Of a stretch of 64,000 nt of DNA, positions 59,001 through 64,000 are shown piece by piece. Under the pieces are notes generated by a model. It was not told the origin of the DNA and did not search any database. It saw only the letters and a program-made list of their open reading frames with translations. This DNA is from Toensbergia leucococca. Lineage: Eukaryota. The stretch is from assembly GCA_022813965.1 (NCBI GenBank), contig JALDZS010000119.1:1-64000 (forward strand), given 5' to 3'. The translations under genes and the position numbers were made by a program. Positions within the stretch are counted from its first letter, which is position 1; each line of letters begins with the position of its first letter.

Positions 59001-60863
59001 CTTCAGTTTGCATTCTTGGCAGATTCGTCCCCTTATTCCGTCTGGCAAAGGCTTTCCTCATAGGTGGGGTTGTGATGCCCCAAACCCATGCTCCTGGCAT
59101 CCAAGATGTTCTAAAGTAGGACATTTGCTTCCATCGAATTAAGTATTCTTTTTGATCTTCGTCTATCATTTCAGTAGAGTAACCAGGAATGTAACTCTCC
59201 TCGTCAATTGGACGCCATGCAACCAGGGACCCGACCGCAGCCGGGGCCTGTACGCAGTCATTGCAATACCAATCTCTGCAGTATTCAGTGAAGCGGCGAG
59301 CAGCCATGTCTTCATCGTTTGAGGTTTCAACTGACTCACGAGAGGGCAGGTGGTTCATATGGAAGGCTCGATAGCAGGCCGTACAGCGGAATAAAACGTT
59401 GTTGATGTTGTTGATCAGATTTGAAGAGACTTCAGCAATTGGATCGATGCCATCGTTGCTTTCTCTATCCTTCTCTTCTTGTTTTGGGGTTTTTCGCTCC
59501 CGAAAAGGTTGGCAGGAAAGGCCGACTTCACGACAGACTTGACACTCTCCTTGTCTAGGTGCTGTAGACTCCTTTTTCCTTGCGCATCCAATGCATCTTC
59601 GGCACTGCAAAACGAAGTTCTCATCTCCAACCTTCGTCACAAGATGTTCACGGGCGTTACGTGGTCCGAGGCATTTTTGATGGTAAGATACTGTACAGCC
59701 CTGACAATTCACTAACCGGCCTTTATCTGAGCTGTTGCCATATCCATCGCAGGTATCGCAGATTTGCGAGTGACGAAGACTGAACTCATTGGCTTTGTGT
59801 AGATCTTTGAAAATCTCTTTGGCGCCAATAGCTTTCGTAGAGCCTGTCGTGGAGGTAGCTTCTGGGATGTCATCTTCGCCAATTTCGCGAAGACTCCCTA
59901 CCTTTCTTCTCTTTCTGCCAGACCTTCGAGTCGCTTCCGCAGCGGGCTCCTCTTCGCTCTCATCCACGTCATATTCGTCAGACTCAGGGAAATCAGCATA
60001 GCTGAGCCGCGCGTTAGCAGTGGATCGTGTCGTACGTATGGCTTGAGATCGGGTAGGCCGTCTACGCGCAGCAGACCCAGAACTTTCACTGCTCATCGAA
60101 ATTGATCTTGATAATCTTCCAGAGCTTGATTTGTGGCTAGGCTGTGTGGGCTTGGGACCACTTAAAAGTCGCCTTTTTTTAGGGGGATGAGATAACGAGG
60201 AGACCAAGTCATCCTCAGATGATAGATCAACTTCCGTGATGTCGACAAATCCACCGTCTCTTCGCCGCGTAGCCTGAGCTTGCCTTGTTGACACCATGTT
60301 CGATATCCGAGACGATCGGGATCTGGATCGTGGGGTGGATGACTGTTTGCTGAATCGACCTTGCCTGAAATGACGAGTGAGAGTCTTCTAGATGAGGCGC
60401 AAGTTGATCTATGTCAGATGAAAGGACTCTACAAGATGAGGTGAAGAGGTGAAGTTGTTTGCATAGCATAATGAAGTAAATGGTGATAGGTTCATCACCA
60501 CATTTAGGGCTAACTCACTTTTGTTTTGCTGCCTTCATCTTGAAAAATTCGGTATTCCCATCGCCGTTGCACTGGTGGGACTATAACACTGATGCCAACT
60601 ACGAGGTCTGTATTAAGGGCCTCGTATGTGACCGTAGGTGGAGTGGAAGTGCTTCTTTGAGACACAAAGAGAGGCGAGAAAGATAGAGTCTCTGATATGC
60701 TCTCCTGCCTGTTGGATTCTACCGAGTGTCTTTTGATAGAGCTCTCTAATATATCTCCATCTTCTAACGACCCGTACTTTTTTTCAACGGCATCCACAAG
60801 CTGGTCACCATTTCCACCATTCTCAGAAGTTCGTAGCTTCATTTCTGCAATGTACTCTGGCAT
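56013..60863 (-). CDS. mit1: Mit1-like CHD/Mi-2 chromatin remodeller (PHD fingers, chromodomains, SNF2 helicase, C-terminal Cys/His finger)
   Basis: LADEMGLGKT, VDEGQRLKN, TGTPLQNN, LIFSQF and SRAHRIGQ motifs; PHD CxxC arrays; C-terminal CVAC..H..CPLK..CGLCGLAH. The upstream exon at 60863-60518 is inferred; the alternative start is 60297. Confidence 0.88.
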
Positions 60864-61261
60864 AATCAGGTGGAAATGCTAGGAATGGGTCGTAGAGTAT
60901 CTACGAGGCTCACCGAGAGAAAGAAAGGCTCGGTGGTGGAGGAAATGTGGGCACGATCTGAAAGCAACGAGAAGCTCCACGGCAAGCTGAATGATGTGTT
61001 AGCCCAAAAATATATGTGTAATAGTATCATAATGCAACAATTGCAGCTCTATTTTTACGAAACAATAGGACCTACCAATATGGCGGTCCACAGCAGGGTC
61101 TGCTCTGTGGAGATGCTCAGGTATCTTACTACCTCGACGCGCACAATTGAGTGGTGGACGATTTTTTACGTCAGGGACGCGATCCTTGCACAAATATTTC
61201 GACAGCTTTTGAGCTTGCATTGACTTTTATCATCACAAGAGTTAAAAAACCAGCGTTTATA

Positions 61262-63141
61262 ATGCACAGAGCTCTGAATGTAGTTCAAGAGTGCCTTGCA
61301 GTTCGATCCCACCCAAAGCCTTGGACCTCACAACGATTTATATCGACAAATACAGCCATCCACCGAGGAATCAGGAAATCAAGAGATGGACCTGGTACGC
61401 GATATCAAGGCCATAGGAACGAGGCATTCCAGTCCGAGCACGGACCTCCTAGGGAGCGGCTTCGACGGCCCAACCACCAACAGAGACAAGATGTTGAGGA
61501 TATGGAGGAATCCGCAAGGATGAATGTCGATCGAATGTCTGCCAAGAAACGAAATTACCTACAGGGAGGATCAAGAGAGAGGATGGAGTTTTCTCGAAGA
61601 GGGTCATCGGACCGGAATACTCGCCGTCCTAGTGTCAGAGAGTCCACCGGCAGAGACTTTTCTAGAAGAGCAGGCGGGTATGAGAGTACTAGGCCTCCTA
61701 CTTCTACATCATTTGCGTCTGACAGAGGACATCGAGCAGATCTACGCGATAGCTCGAGAAGAACTAGCAGTTTTCCTGATAGGTCTATGAGGCAAGAGTC
61801 TACCGAATTGAATGACGAATCCTTTGAACGTGAGCCACACAAGGTTAGTAGAGAAACTTCTTCGCGACAACGCTCCTACCGCCTGGGCGACGATGATACA
61901 CCAGAGGATGCAAGGATATCTGATCGCCCAAGGGGAGGAGCATCTCGTGGTCGTGAATTTGAACATTTCTCACGCCACGATGAAGGGGAATCATTTGAGC
62001 GAAAGTCAAAGGATCCTTTATCCATACCGTACACGACACCGGCATCTGAATTCTTGTATGGCACTTCTGTCATTACTGCAGCTCTAAAATCCTCGAGAAG
62101 AAAACTGTACAAGCTCTATATCTATGATGGGCAGAACAGAGAAGTCCAAGCTCAAGATGCATCGATACGGAAGTTAGCCTTCGCAAAAGGTGTAACGGTT
62201 CACAGAGTTCAGAGAGACTGGCTACGATTTATGGATAAAATGAGTAATGGACGGCCTCACAACGTAATTTCATCTAAAAATCTATAGATTTACTACCTTC
62301 TGAATATTTCTAACCTGGGACAGGGCTATATCCTCGAATCGTCTCCATTGCCAAAGCTACCAGTTTTTGGTCTTCAGCATGTGCAGAAACAGCAGGATAA
62401 CTTTGGGGTCTCATTAGACCATCAGTCCTCGGAAGAAGCAGCAGTGAACGGAAACAATTCTCTTGTCAAATATAACGGGAGTTCCTCTCGGTATCCTTTC
62501 ATTGTTTTGCTAGACGGCATTGTAGGTAGCTCCAAGGTGGACCAAGGAGAGAAAATGTGACTAATCATGAATAGCTTGATCCTGGAAATCTTGGAGCTAT
62601 CTTGCGTACTGCTTATTTCCTTGGAGTTGACGCGCTAGCAGTTTCAAATCGAAATTCTGCTCCCTTTACTCCGGTTGCATTAAAAGCCTCGGCTGGGGCT
62701 TCAGAGAATCTACCGCTCATGACAGTCAGCCAACCCGGAGCATTCATCGACGAATCTCAGAAAAACGGGTGGAAATTCTACGCCGCAGTCGCCCCAAGCG
62801 TATCTACAGGTCCCACGAATTCTAAAAACCACAATGGCACCAAAACCCCTTACTTTTCTACATCGAATTTCAACTGTCCCCTCAAAACCCATCCTTGTGT
62901 GTTGATGCTCGGCGGAGAGGGCGAAGGGTTACGCTGGAACTTGCAGAAGAAGGCAGATTATCTGCTCGGGGTGGACGGGTACAGAGTTGGTCTTGGAGGT
63001 GTAGACAGCTTGAATGTCAGTGTTGCTGCAGGGCTGTTATGCGAGGCCTTTATGCGAAAGCCAGTGCAGTCTCCTGTGGGCGTGATAGAGGCATCGCGCG
63101 AAGAAGATGGTCGTGTCGATAGCGAGAATCGTCTGTTCTAG
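61262..63141 (+). CDS. MRM1: Mitochondrial rRNA methyltransferase (SpoU family), 3 exons
   Basis: PYTTPASEFLYG, GRPHN|GYILE, LDGI|LDPGNLGAILRTAYFLG, KASAGA, LGGEGEG and VDSLNVSVAAG motifs. Confidence 0.92.
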
Positions 63142-64000
63142 GCAGGATTGCTCTATCTTGTACAATATGTGCCTCCAGATTTCGAAGCGATTTCTATATA
63201 TTTGTCGGTTGAGTAGGACATCTGCGAGCGGTACAATAGCCCGCTCAACAGCCGTTCAATATTGGGATACTCGAGTTAGAGCAAGCATGTCTCTAGTAGA
63301 GAATAGCAGTCTGCAAAATACAAAGGCTGGTAAATCGTCAAAGTCCACTTCAATCCTATACTCGTATCCCTCCGCCCAAGATATCCACGCATTTTCTATC
63401 ATAGTGATTCAGTCGAATCTCGAGGACTTGAGACACATGCTGAACCTGATTTTCTCTCGGCTTGTACTCGTACTTGACTCACATGTATTCATGATTTAGC
63501 ATGAGCCATTTGGCTAAAACATTGTGTGTAATGGCACTGGCGACAAACCTTGTCTCGTGTCTAAAATAAGGTAAGATAGTAGGAGACGCTAGACTGGACC
63601 TGGCTTAGAATAGCGTTTCTGTCAGGCGGATGGCTGCAAATGTCAAAAACGGATGACACGTTTGTTACTTGCTATTTGACTTAATTGCTTTTCTTTTGCT
63701 CTAGAACACCAGCAAGACCGTCACAGTATCAATTTAATACATGCCTCATCCGTTGCTTCCTCTTTACACGTCTGCGAGTACTCTTCTCGTTGAATTGAAA
63801 AGAATCGTCTCTCTCCAGTCTCTCTGATGCGGCCCAGCTCCAGCTGCTAACATTTTCTTGACTGACTTTTCTTGATGCCTCAATCCAACATTCCTCAGTC
63901 TCTTCCGGTTGCTATGTTATGTACTCCAACAGTCCCTTATTAACCCTTTGCTAGTGCTGCGCCCGGTTGAGGCGATTTTGTTTATGGAGGTTTGTATGCT

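Noticed and set aside
63107..64000. ORF 63107-63499 and possible gene end at the right edge
   Set aside because: It overlaps the MRM1 stop, has a non-ATG start and no recognisable coding signal.
1..64000. tRNA, 5S rRNA or TPP riboswitch genes
   Set aside because: GTTCGA hits (e.g. ~40154, ~54861) lack cloverleaf context, and no 5S or riboswitch consensus was seen by eye. A tRNAscan/Infernal run would be needed to exclude them.

Overview
Eukaryotic DNA from a filamentous ascomycete (Pezizomycotina): GT-AG introns with CTRAC/CTAAT branch sites, fungal gene families and RIP-like mutation. A lichen-forming lineage is plausible but cannot be shown from this window. The ORF track uses alternative starts and ignores introns, so I rebuilt the gene models by eye; boundaries are approximate where stated. 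There are three zones. (1) 1-8000 is an accessory block: a degenerate low-complexity segment, a candidate Helitron 3' end, a divergent RRM gene, a broken zinc-finger ORF, an uncharacterised fungal gene and a progressively mutated gene fragment. (2) The core genes are S1/P1 nuclease, a Ser/Thr-rich secreted protein, Rrt8/EI24-like, TPS2, a non-canonical poly(A) polymerase, the PKA regulatory subunit, PRELI/Ups1, DUF3455, a non-RD kinase, IEC3, Nop13-like, TOM70, Btz, NBR1-like, an aspartic protease, Mit1-like CHD and MRM1. (3) 45600-51860 is a transposon nest. Its best candidate for an undescribed system is a ~4.5 kb element sitting in a (TA)n tract. It has ACAC direct repeats, offset ~12-13 bp inverted termini, same-orientation GGGAGCA arrays phased at ~10.5 bp at both ends, and a PD-(D/E)xK-nuclease-like cargo gene. 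An intron-containing Tc1 (DD34E) transposon is nested inside it and a solo LTR lies beside it. The Tc1 transposase shows an unusual mutation signature (Trp TGG->TGA, never TAG).
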